A stretch of 32,000 nt of DNA from Candidatus Omnitrophota bacterium (GTDB lineage Bacteria > Omnitrophota > Gorgyraeia > 2-01-FULL-45-10). Where the stretch lies: the NCBI GenBank assembly GCA_023818895.1, contig JAMWCX010000003.1, forward strand, positions 1 through 32,000, in the 5' to 3' direction. Both the position numbers and the translations under genes were made by a program. Below, in pieces: positions 7,480 through 15,107 of this stretch; position 1 is the first letter of the stretch, and each line of letters begins with the position of its first letter. The notes below the pieces were generated by a model that was given only the letters and a program-made list of their open reading frames with translations, was not told the DNA's origin and searched no databases.

Positions 7480-9303
7480 TCAAAATTCGATCCTACCCCC
7501 TGATTTTACCCACCTTCCCGGCATAGGAATATCTGACTGCTCGGAATATTTCACATCGAAAAGGTTCGATATCTCGATAAATGCCTCGAAGGTCACGTTG
7601 CCTTTGCGAACTATATCTTTTGATAATTTCGTATCAGTGACCACGTATCCTGAATCCCCTATCCTCTTTTTGTAATTTAAGATCCATGAGTTCCTGAAAC
7701 CCGAAAGCTCCCATTCCAGGCCGCCTGTAAGGTGCTGTTTCAGATAGTCCAGGGCGTATTTTGAGAAATAATCGTGCTTATTGTATATGCTCATCATTGT
7801 ATGCTCTATGAATATCTTATTGACAGGCAGCCAGTTACATATTTTATCTGGCATTAAGCTAAAGGATATTTCCAGGCCATTGGCTTCTGACTCACCTATA
7901 TTAGAGGCCTGCCAGCGCGCCTTGGACGAATACCTTATCCAGTCTATCGTATCGTATGTATCACGCCGGAATACGGTGGCTGAGAATGTCATCGTGTCTT
8001 CTCTGTAATCCAGGCCTGTCTCATACGACCATGAGCTCTCAGGCACAAGGCCTGAATTACCACGATTACTGGCGTCATTGTAGTAGAGGTCTGTAAAAGT
8101 GGGTATCCTGTATGCGCGGCCAATCAGGCCCCGCGCTGTGAGGCCTTTCGCAAGGTGGTAACTTGCGCTCACCGAAGGAGAACATTGCCATCCGAATTCA
8201 GTGAAATAGTCGAGCCGCGCGCCTGTGTTTATGTACAGGCCTTCGGCAAGATGCGGCAAAAGTTCCAGATACAGGCTATCTCTCGTTCGGCTGTGAGTCT
8301 GCATACTGGTCGAGTCTATCGTATCAGCGGATAGCTCATAACCGTATGAGATGTCCATGAAACGGTTCTCCACCGTGAAGTCTATCTCGCCGCCGTAGGT
8401 GTAGGTGGTATGGTAATTTGTCTGCCAGCCGGTTCTATTCTGGTCGAGGACGAATTTGTCATTGTGGTTGCGCAGATATGCTTTAGTCTCTATTTTAAGG
8501 TTACCGATTTCATGGACGCCTTCCATCCTGAAAAACCTGGTATCCGTTCTCTCGTATTCGTTCGGGAAGAGGTTCGAATAGAAGCTATCGGCGCCGAAGT
8601 CCTTATTAAGGTATCCGAATAGGAAGTTGTAGACCCCGATACCGGTCTCGATAAGGGCGTTTTCGGTCAAAGAGAGGATATTGAACTCTGTCTGGCTCAT
8701 GTAACCGGTCGAGCGGCTTTGCTCGAACGAGAACCGGTTTTTGACCGGCCCCAACGGGGTCGTTATGGATACGCCGCCGTTAACATAGTCGTATGACCCT
8801 CCTTCAGCGTATAAAACAGCCTTAAATGTATCGGCCGGCTTTTTTGTTATCATGTTCACCGCTCCGCCGAAGGCGTTAGGGCCATACAGGCTTGAGACAG
8901 GGCCTTTCAGTATCTCGATAGCTTCGACGTCCATCATGGTGAGCGGCAGGTCCATGTTGAAGTGTCCGGTCTGGGGGTCATTGACATTTATCCCGTCTAT
9001 GAGCACCGTATTCTGCTCGAAGGTCGTTCCTCTGATAATCAGATCCGCCTGCACATTCTCAGGACCCCTCCTGCGGATATCGATACCCCCGACTTCTCCT
9101 ATAAGGTCCGGGATGGTCTTGTATATGGCTTGCCGGAACGCATCGTTATCGAGTATCGTGAGGGATCGGGATGTCTCGCTGAGTTCAGTGGCAACGCGGG
9201 AAGGGGTAACTACTATCTTATCGAGCTTGCGGGTTGAGTCCGCGAACGCTCCGGGCGCCAGAAGCGCCGATATTATGGCAAGCGATATGGTTATCCTTCG
9301 CAT
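7480..9303 (-). CDS. TonB-dependent outer-membrane receptor (small, BtuB-sized); substrate unknown
   Basis: It has a signal peptide (MRRITISLAIISALLAPGAFA) and a TonB-box-like DKIVVTPSR. The plug motif is IEILKGPVSSLYGPNAFGGAVNMITKKP. The C-terminus ends in GGRIEF, a terminal aromatic. Confidence 0.9.
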   Translation of the reverse strand: MRRITISLAIISALLAPGAFADSTRKLDKIVVTPSRVATELSETSRSLTILDNDAFRQAIYKTIPDLIGEVGGIDIRRRGPENVQADLIIRGTTFEQNTVLIDGINVNDPQTGHFNMDLPLTMMDVEAIEILKGPVSSLYGPNAFGGAVNMITKKPADTFKAVLYAEGGSYDYVNGGVSITTPLGPVKNRFSFEQSRSTGYMSQTEFNILSLTENALIETGIGVYNFLFGYLNKDFGADSFYSNLFPNEYERTDTRFFRMEGVHEIGNLKIETKAYLRNHNDKFVLDQNRTGWQTNYHTTYTYGGEIDFTVENRFMDISYGYELSADTIDSTSMQTHSRTRDSLYLELLPHLAEGLYINTGARLDYFTEFGWQCSPSVSASYHLAKGLTARGLIGRAYRIPTFTDLYYNDASNRGNSGLVPESSWSYETGLDYREDTMTFSATVFRRDTYDTIDWIRYSSKARWQASNIGESEANGLEISFSLMPDKICNWLPVNKIFIEHTMMSIYNKHDYFSKYALDYLKQHLTGGLEWELSGFRNSWILNYKKRIGDSGYVVTDTKLSKDIVRKGNVTFEAFIEISNLFDVKYSEQSDIPMPGRWVKSGGRIEF

Positions 9304-9309
9304 GGCCCT

Positions 9310-9338
9310 ATGATATCAACGCGCCTGCCTATTGTCAA
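9310..9338 (-). promoter_or_regulatory. Sigma70-type promoter abutting the receptor start codon
   Basis: The minus strand has TTGACA (9338-9333), a 17-nt spacer and TATCAT (9315-9310). Only 6 nt (AGGGCC) separate the -10 from the ATG at 9303, which implies a leaderless or near-leaderless mRNA. Confidence 0.4.
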
Positions 9339-9795
9339 CCTATAATAGTATATGCGGTTTACAATGAGGGTAATTTTTCGGCTTCCCCCAACACAACTCG
9401 CCGGATTGGGCTGACCCGGCCAGGGGGCTTCGCCTAATTTTGCTTTCAAGGAAGATATGGTTTGGTTTTATTTATCTGCTGGTATGGTAGCTTGCCGACC
9501 CCTTGGCCGCCTTAGGTTATAGTAGTAAGACGTAAGCAAAATTTTACGGCTCAACCCCCGTGGCCGGGTCGCCATCCACATCTTACACTAGAGAAGCCGA
9601 AAAGTTTCTGGGGAGAGTGTGTGTAAGTGAGCGAGTGTTTCTTGTAGACATCTTTCGGGACAGCGGAACTTTTGCGACCTGCCTGAAGCGACTCTTCAAA
9701 ATTTTTGATACCTTATGGCGATACACAAGGCCAATGAAACCTGTAAAGGGAACTTCTGCGAGTCCGGGTTCATTGGTCATCAAAAATTTTGGACA

Positions 9796-9824
9796 GTAAA
9801 TGGGCATGCCTAATGCCCATTTAC
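9796..9824 (-). terminator. Perfect 12-bp hairpin downstream of pabC; a possible operon terminator
   Basis: The sequence is GTAAATGGGCAT-gccta-ATGCCCATTTAC, 82 nt after the pabC-like stop. On the minus strand it is followed by UGUCCAAAAUUUUU, so the U-run is not adjacent and this is not a canonical terminator. Confidence 0.35.
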
Positions 9825-9905
9825 GAGAAGCGGAAGGCAGACGCAAAAGTAAACGCTGCCATGGACATTTTCTACAAAATATGAGCCAGTGGAGCTAGAG
9901 TGCGG

Positions 9906-10772
9906 CTATCTAAGAATCTCTCTAATAACCTGTTTCTGGTAGCAGATGCGCAGGAGTTTCGTGATCTCTCCGGGACGGCCGGAGCCGATCTTGTGGCATC
10001 CGATACGCGTTACAGGAATGATCTCGGCAAGTGAATTGGTAATAAATACCTCGTCAGCACTGAGGAGGTCCTCGCGGAAGACCGTTTTCTCCCTAACACC
10101 TATCTTTAGATTACGGGCGATCTCGAGGACAGTCGTCCGCGTTATTCCGGGCAGTATCCCGGAAAAAAGCGAAGGCGTTATCAGAGCGCCTTCTTTTACG
10201 AGGAATATATTACTCGTGGCGGCCTCCGCTATATGGCCCTTCGTGTTGGTGAGGATGGCCTCATCATACCCCATATCTTTTGCCGCGAAACGGGCCATTA
10301 TATACGGAAGGAAATTGAGCGACTTTACTCTAGATAGTATAGACATCTCATTTTGGCGAATACTTCCTATGATCTCGGCGCTTATACCCTTTTCGAACAT
10401 CCAGGTCGGATAGTCTTCGAAATCTTTAGTTACTATGACTGTATTGGGCCGGAAGGTGTCCTTGTGACTTATGCCGAACCTGCCCTCTCCTCTGGTAACG
10501 ATTACCTTTATGTAAGCGGACTTTAGTCTATTGACTTTAAGTAACTTGTATATAGCCGCTTTAATGGTCTTCTTGCCGTATGGCGGCTTGATGCCAAGGA
10601 CTGCCAATGAGGTATAGAACCTATTTATATGCGCGTCGAGCCTGAATACCACACCGGCGTAACTACGCATAGTCTCAAATAGGCCGTCACCGTACATAAA
10701 GCCGCGGTCGAATACTGAAATGCGCGCTTTAACACCATCAACCATTTTTCCGTTGAGCCATATCTTTTCCAT
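9906..10772 (-). CDS. pabC: Class IV PLP aminotransferase-fold enzyme, most likely aminodeoxychorismate lyase (a branched-chain or D-amino-acid aminotransferase is not excluded)
   Basis: Fold-type IV motifs are present (FMYGDGLFET, VKSLNFLPYIMA with the presumed Schiff-base Lys, EAATSNIFLVKEGALITP). The gene starts 7 nt after a PabB-like gene. Confidence 0.65.
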   Translation of the reverse strand: MEKIWLNGKMVDGVKARISVFDRGFMYGDGLFETMRSYAGVVFRLDAHINRFYTSLAVLGIKPPYGKKTIKAAIYKLLKVNRLKSAYIKVIVTRGEGRFGISHKDTFRPNTVIVTKDFEDYPTWMFEKGISAEIIGSIRQNEMSILSRVKSLNFLPYIMARFAAKDMGYDEAILTNTKGHIAEAATSNIFLVKEGALITPSLFSGILPGITRTTVLEIARNLKIGVREKTVFREDLLSADEVFITNSLAEIIPVTRIGCHKIGSGRPGEITKLLRICYQKQVIREILR

Positions 10773-10778
10773 TACCCA

Positions 10779-12185
10779 TTACACCTTACACATTACTGGA
10801 GTCTCCGCATTTACGCCCAGCGCCGCCATAAGCCCTCTGGCCTTGTGAAGCGTCTCCTCATACTCGCCCTCAGGATCCGAGTCGGCCACGATCCCGCCGC
10901 CTACTTGAAAATAAATCCTGCCATCCTTTACCAAGAATGTTCTTATCACTATCGAGGTATCCATGTTGCCGTCTAATGAGATATATCCGATAGCGCCGGT
11001 ATAAACAGCTCTTTTCACCGGTTCAAGCTCGTCTATGATGGCCATTGAACGCATTTTTGGCGCGCCCGTTATCGAGCCGCCGGGGAATGTGGCCTTGAGG
11101 CATTCTATCGGGCCAATACCTGCCTTGAGTTTACCAGCGACCGTGGATACCAGATGGAAGACATTAGCGTATTTTTCTATTATCATCGACTCAGTCGGCC
11201 TGACGGTACCGTATTCGCATATCCTGCCCAAATCATTGCGCTCAAGATCCACGATCATAATATGCTCTGCCGCATCCTTGACGCTTGTCCTTAGCTGCGA
11301 TTCAAACAAACGGTCTTCTTCAATGGTCGCCCCACGAGGCCTTGTACCTTTTATCGGACGAGTCTCTATATAGTCTTTTCTTTTCATAATAAAACGCTCC
11401 GGTGAAGAACTGAGAACGGTAACATCGCCGAAATTCAAGTACGAGGCAAATGGAGCGGGGCTCACCTGCCTCAGCCTGCAATAAAGCGCAAAAGTATCAA
11501 CATCGCTAGTGGTTGAGAAACGTTGGGAAAGATTGACCTGATATATATCGCCCTTTTTAATATATTCTTTCGCTTTCTGAACGGCCTTCATATAGGCTCG
11601 TTTTGTAAAATTTGACTCAAGCCTGATATGTGAACAAGGCATCGGTATCTTGACCGGTGGTGATGCGCTTAATACGGCCTCCTTGAGATCTTCGGTATCT
11701 TCATCTGCCATAGCCAGACTTGCCAGAAAGCATCTTTTCTTGAGATTGTCATACGCAATCACCTTGTTGTAGAAACCAAGGATGCAATCCGGGATGCCAA
11801 GATCATCTTCGGCGCTACTGGGCAGCTCCTCTATAAGATCTTTAAGATCATACGAAAAATATCCGACGGCTCCTCCGGTAAACGGTACCTCGCAGCCATC
11901 GGGTCGTGCCGTCCTATAACGGTCAAATAAACCTTTAAGGGTAGCGAACGGATCTGCCCTGAAGATTTCTTTCTTTCCACTATCATCTTCCAGAGTAATG
12001 AGTTTGCCTTTGCTCCTGAAGACGAGAAAAGGAGAATGTCCTATGAAAGAGAAATTTCCGAGCTTTGCGGAATCGCAGGCACTATCGAGAAAAAAACTGT
12101 AGGGACGGTCCTTTATCACGGAAAATACGGTTAGAGGATCGGGCGCTTCGTTAATCTCTTCAACCTTTTGTCTTATCTCGTTCAT
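10779..12185 (-). CDS. pabB: Chorismate-utilising enzyme, aminodeoxychorismate synthase component I (PabB/TrpE family)
   Basis: Motifs include SSSPERF, RPIKGTRPRG, IMIVDLERNDLGR and FPGGSITGAPKMRSMAIIDELEP...YTGAIGYISLDGNMDTSIVIRT. Pairing with a class IV lyase-like gene favours PabB over TrpE. Confidence 0.8.
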   Translation of the reverse strand: MNEIRQKVEEINEAPDPLTVFSVIKDRPYSFFLDSACDSAKLGNFSFIGHSPFLVFRSKGKLITLEDDSGKKEIFRADPFATLKGLFDRYRTARPDGCEVPFTGGAVGYFSYDLKDLIEELPSSAEDDLGIPDCILGFYNKVIAYDNLKKRCFLASLAMADEDTEDLKEAVLSASPPVKIPMPCSHIRLESNFTKRAYMKAVQKAKEYIKKGDIYQVNLSQRFSTTSDVDTFALYCRLRQVSPAPFASYLNFGDVTVLSSSPERFIMKRKDYIETRPIKGTRPRGATIEEDRLFESQLRTSVKDAAEHIMIVDLERNDLGRICEYGTVRPTESMIIEKYANVFHLVSTVAGKLKAGIGPIECLKATFPGGSITGAPKMRSMAIIDELEPVKRAVYTGAIGYISLDGNMDTSIVIRTFLVKDGRIYFQVGGGIVADSDPEGEYEETLHKARGLMAALGVNAETPVMCKV

Positions 12186-12195
12186 AACCGGTCTT

Positions 12196-12693
12196 TCACG
12201 CGAGCGCTTCTGTCAAGATATCAGCGAGCGCCTCAAGGCCGCCAGAGACCTCGCTACTTATCGGTGCCCCTAAAGCCGTTGTTTTGGCCTGCACCGATAT
12301 CACGAATATATTGAGGTCCTCCTTACCTGTCTTCAAGAGATCGATAAAAAGTCTTGGCGATGGGTTATGGGTGGAAAATCCTACATTGGCGATACATTCT
12401 ACATCTAAGACCTTTGCCTGGCCAGCCGGCAGGCCGATATCGGCGGCGTCGATAATTATTACTGTCGAACAGGCCGAGGTAAGTATTGGGAAAAGATAAT
12501 TTTCGGGCGCTGTGCCGCAATCAAAGAGGCTCGCTTTCGTTGAACGGGCTTTCAGAAGTTCTATAAGCCTAGGACCAAGGCCATCGTCGCCGCGCATAAT
12601 GTTGCCAATGGCAGCTATGGCTACTTTTCCTTGTATTCTTTTCCTGATTTCCGCAGTAAGATCGTCGCTAGAAGGGCCTTTAGAAACGTTCAA
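12196..12693 (-). CDS. hycI: [NiFe]-hydrogenase maturation endopeptidase (HycI/HybD family)
   Basis: Motifs are VAIAAIGNIMRGDDGLGPRLIELL, DCGTAPENY, IIIDAAD and FSTHNPSP. The adjacent large subunit carries a cleavable C-terminal extension. Confidence 0.85.
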   Translation of the reverse strand: MNVSKGPSSDDLTAEIRKRIQGKVAIAAIGNIMRGDDGLGPRLIELLKARSTKASLFDCGTAPENYLFPILTSACSTVIIIDAADIGLPAGQAKVLDVECIANVGFSTHNPSPRLFIDLLKTGKEDLNIFVISVQAKTTALGAPISSEVSGGLEALADILTEALA

Positions 12694-13300
12694 TAGTGGC
12701 TTTTCTCCTGCACTTTGCGCAGAGAATCTTCATTCTGTCGAACCGAAGCATGTAATCTCTTGCGATTTGCGCGATATCTTCAGAGAATCCGAGATCCTTA
12801 AGCGATGACACGAAAATCGTTGGGTTGGCAAACGCGAGTGGACCCAATCTTTTGGCTAACCATTCTAGGTGTGCCTTTGCCGTAATAACATCGCCACAGC
12901 ATTCGCATATAGCCAGTTCTTTATCTTCCGTAGATGATATCATAGCTGTCCTGTCAAATCCGGCAAGGTCAAATTCAGTGGTATGTCTTATTCCTGGCGG
13001 CATATCTTCCCTTGTGGTGCAGAGAGCGCTGCACTGACCGCAGAAATGGCATTCGTCAAGGTGCAGGACCATTTTGCGAACCGCCCTTTGAGGCGTTACC
13101 GTATCGCGACATTCTATAGCCCTTGCCGGACATACCAAAGCGCATGCGCCACAAGCAACACAGCCTTCATTTGAATATTCAGGTTTACCGCGGAACCTCT
13201 TTGGAGGATTGTGCGGCTTGAAAGGATAAGAAGAAGTATAAGGTCCATTTATCAGGGCCTTTATCGCTTCTTTAAGTTCTCTTAGCTTAGGATATTTCAT
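12680..13300 (-). CDS. HycF/NuoI-type 2x[4Fe-4S] subunit of the membrane-bound hydrogenase
   Basis: It has YPFKP...RFRGKPEY, then CVACGACALVCP and CHFCGQCSALC. A C-terminal CECCG...CAKCRRK pair follows, like the CNCRVC...CPECKRQK pair I recall in E. coli HycF. Confidence 0.8.
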   Translation of the reverse strand: MKYPKLRELKEAIKALINGPYTSSYPFKPHNPPKRFRGKPEYSNEGCVACGACALVCPARAIECRDTVTPQRAVRKMVLHLDECHFCGQCSALCTTREDMPPGIRHTTEFDLAGFDRTAMISSTEDKELAICECCGDVITAKAHLEWLAKRLGPLAFANPTIFVSSLKDLGFSEDIAQIARDYMLRFDRMKILCAKCRRKATIERF

Positions 13301-13304
13301 GTTC

Positions 13305-13901
13305 CTAAAAAAGCTTAACTATGTTAGAGGAATGTCTTGCCAGGTTACCGGTAAAGTCCAACATATCGAAAAACATGTTGGCGGCCATAGGCGTGCAAAT
13401 ACCTTTGATGAGACGCTCGGTGTGTTCGGCTCGGTAGCGCTCAACGAGGGCCTTCACATGAAAACCGTTATCTATGACTCTTTCTCTCAGCACGCTGTCA
13501 CCGCCTTTTAAAAATTCCCTCATCATATTGACAGATTTCTTCATCGTAAGAAAAGTCTCATTAAATTGCGCCACGCCAATATCGCTGAATAGCAAGTGCT
13601 CCGAGTTCTTTATCTCTATGCGCTCCACAAGGTTTGAGGCCTCATCGCCCATGCGTTCGAGCATCTCGACGGTTTGCTGGAGCCGAACGAGTTCTTTCTT
13701 ATCCTCCTCGCTCTTCAGGGATTTTGACAGCTCAAGAACTCTTTTCGTCGAGGCCTTTTCCATTTTATTTATTTCAGATTCGATTTCCATGGCAATGGTA
13801 AGAGCTCTAGGGTTGTGCTCCATAAAACCATTCTCTACAAATTCCAGCATCTCGCAGATCTTATCTGCCATGGATATGGCAGTTGAGCGTATCTCGTTCA
13901 T
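13305..13901 (-). CDS. Soluble PhoU-like (two-repeat helical) protein embedded in the hydrogenase/Mrp operon
   Basis: No hydrophobic segments are present. There are two repeats with a PhoU-type signature: EIESEINKME...LERMGDEASNLVERI and VKALVERYRAEHTERLIKGICTPMAANMFFDMLDFTGNLARHSSNIVKL. This resembles PhoU and the C-terminal repeats of Na/Pi-cotransporter proteins. The assignment is from memory of the family pattern only. Confidence 0.5.
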   Translation of the reverse strand: MNEIRSTAISMADKICEMLEFVENGFMEHNPRALTIAMEIESEINKMEKASTKRVLELSKSLKSEEDKKELVRLQQTVEMLERMGDEASNLVERIEIKNSEHLLFSDIGVAQFNETFLTMKKSVNMMREFLKGGDSVLRERVIDNGFHVKALVERYRAEHTERLIKGICTPMAANMFFDMLDFTGNLARHSSNIVKLF

Positions 13902-13907
13902 AAATAC

Positions 13908-14243
13908 CTATCTTATATTTTCCATGTCGTTGCTGTATTCATCAACAACGGTTCCTTCCCATGGCTTAACACCTGAGCGATAAGCGCTCCTTGCCAGAGC
14001 GTGCGCTGATACAGGCGCCGTCAGTAGAATAAAAACCATGCAAAGAAGCGCCTTAACCCCAGTCGCAGTAAGGCCTTTGAAAAGGAAAAGGCCTAAAAGG
14101 ATACCGCAGGTGCCCAGAGTTATGCATTTTGCGGAAGCCTGCAAGCGGTTATAGACATCAGGAAATCGTATAAGGCCGAGGCATCCGAAAAAATCAAATA
14201 TAAGACCTATTACGATTAATGCGGTCCCTATCGTCTCATTCAT
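13908..14243 (-). CDS. mrpG: Mrp/Mnh antiporter subunit G (MbhC-like)
   Basis: It has three TM segments and the motif GCLGLIRFPDVYNRLQASAKCITLG typical of MnhG. It overlaps mrpF by 8 nt. Confidence 0.8.
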   Translation of the reverse strand: MNETIGTALIVIGLIFDFFGCLGLIRFPDVYNRLQASAKCITLGTCGILLGLFLFKGLTATGVKALLCMVFILLTAPVSAHALARSAYRSGVKPWEGTVVDEYSNDMENIR

Positions 14244-14592
14244 CGAACTCTTTGCCCTCTAAATACTTAGAAAGCGCCATGATACCAATAAAGCTCTGCA
14301 GCGCCCAAGCTATTCCTATATCTATGTACCAGTCCCTTCCCGTTGCTATGCTTAAGACTGCGCAAAAACCAACTATTAGTATTCCAAGCATATCTATCGC
14401 TACAGCCCTATCAGGTGCCGTCGGTCCACGCAGAACCCGCCAGAGACAAAGCCCGGCGGATACAAGCAGGCATAAGAAAGCACGCTCCAAAAATTCCGAC
14501 TGCCACTGCATCATAGAAGGCAAGGGCAATAAAAGTATCGCAGCCGCAATGATAACTATGACGATAAATCCAAACACCCAGTTTGTATTCAT
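14236..14592 (-). CDS. mrpF: Mrp/Mnh antiporter subunit F (MbhB-like)
   Basis: It is a small three-TM protein with RVLRGPTAPDRAVAIDMLG, the MnhF signature. Confidence 0.75.
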   Translation of the reverse strand: MNTNWVFGFIVIVIIAAAILLLPLPSMMQWQSEFLERAFLCLLVSAGLCLWRVLRGPTAPDRAVAIDMLGILIVGFCAVLSIATGRDWYIDIGIAWALQSFIGIMALSKYLEGKEFDE

Positions 14593-14597
14593 AATAT

Positions 14598-15107
14598 TTA
14601 TTCGAATATCTTTTTTAATATCTTCTCATACTTCGTTACAACAGGAAGCCTGGTCTCTCCATCTCTGATAGACAGGCAATGTACATATAAATAGCCACTG
14701 GGCTTATCAATATCGACAGTCGTTCTGCCAGGCGTCAATGTCAAAGAATTGGCCAAGAATGCAAGGCCGATATCGGATTTAAGGTCAACTTTTACCTTTA
14801 TCGTCCCTGGCCTTATGGGAAGCGCTGGATGTAGAACCCGATACGCCACATCGATATTGGCCTTGAAACACTCCCAAACAAAAACCATTACATACCACAA
14901 GAACCAGAATGGCCTTGCGATCGCCTTTCCTTTTCCACAACGAGATATTTTATTTTCGGCGGAGGTATCAAACATTAGATCCAGCGTCATGTAGGATACA
15001 AATAAAGAGACTGCTACGGCATAAATCGCGTCCACCAGCGCCGGCGGCCACGACAGGCCGATCCATACAAAAAACCATAAGAGAAAAAGTGATATTTTGC
15101 GTCTCAT
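14598..15107 (-). CDS. mrpE: Mrp/Mnh antiporter subunit E (MbhA-like)
   Basis: N-terminal TM helices are followed by NSLTLTPGRTTVDID, an MnhE-type motif. It overlaps mrpD by 4 nt. Confidence 0.7.
   Translation of the reverse strand: MRRKISLFLLWFFVWIGLSWPPALVDAIYAVAVSLFVSYMTLDLMFDTSAENKISRCGKGKAIARPFWFLWYVMVFVWECFKANIDVAYRVLHPALPIRPGTIKVKVDLKSDIGLAFLANSLTLTPGRTTVDIDKPSGYLYVHCLSIRDGETRLPVVTKYEKILKKIFE

Noticed and set aside
7144-7675. ORFs 7148-7675 (+), 7144-7431 (-) and 7227-7409 (-), with R/K/S-rich translations
   Set aside because: They are alternative frames of the low-complexity tpsB tail and of the 3' end of the receptor gene. They are compositional artefacts.
9304-9846. A cobalamin (or TPP) riboswitch in front of the BtuB-sized TonB-dependent receptor
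   Set aside because: I looked for the B12 box and core motifs on the minus strand and did not find them. The only B12-box-like string (GCGACCTGCC, about 9674-9683) and an AAAGGGAA are on the plus strand, in the wrong order and with no plus-strand gene downstream. No CUGAGA/ACCUGA TPP signature is present.
9234-9846. ORFs 9234-9437 (+), 9560-9799 (+, GTG start) and 9583-9846 (-)
   Set aside because: I saw no RBS. They overlap each other on opposite strands and show no recognisable family motifs. I treat them as non-coding pending an RNA or homology search.
12680-12960. The extra C-terminal CxxC...CxxC pair in the NuoI-like subunit as a novel zinc-ribbon fusion
   Set aside because: E. coli HycF, as I recall its sequence, has an equivalent C-terminal CNCRVC...CPECKRQK arrangement. 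This is a family trait supporting the HycF-type call, not a novelty.
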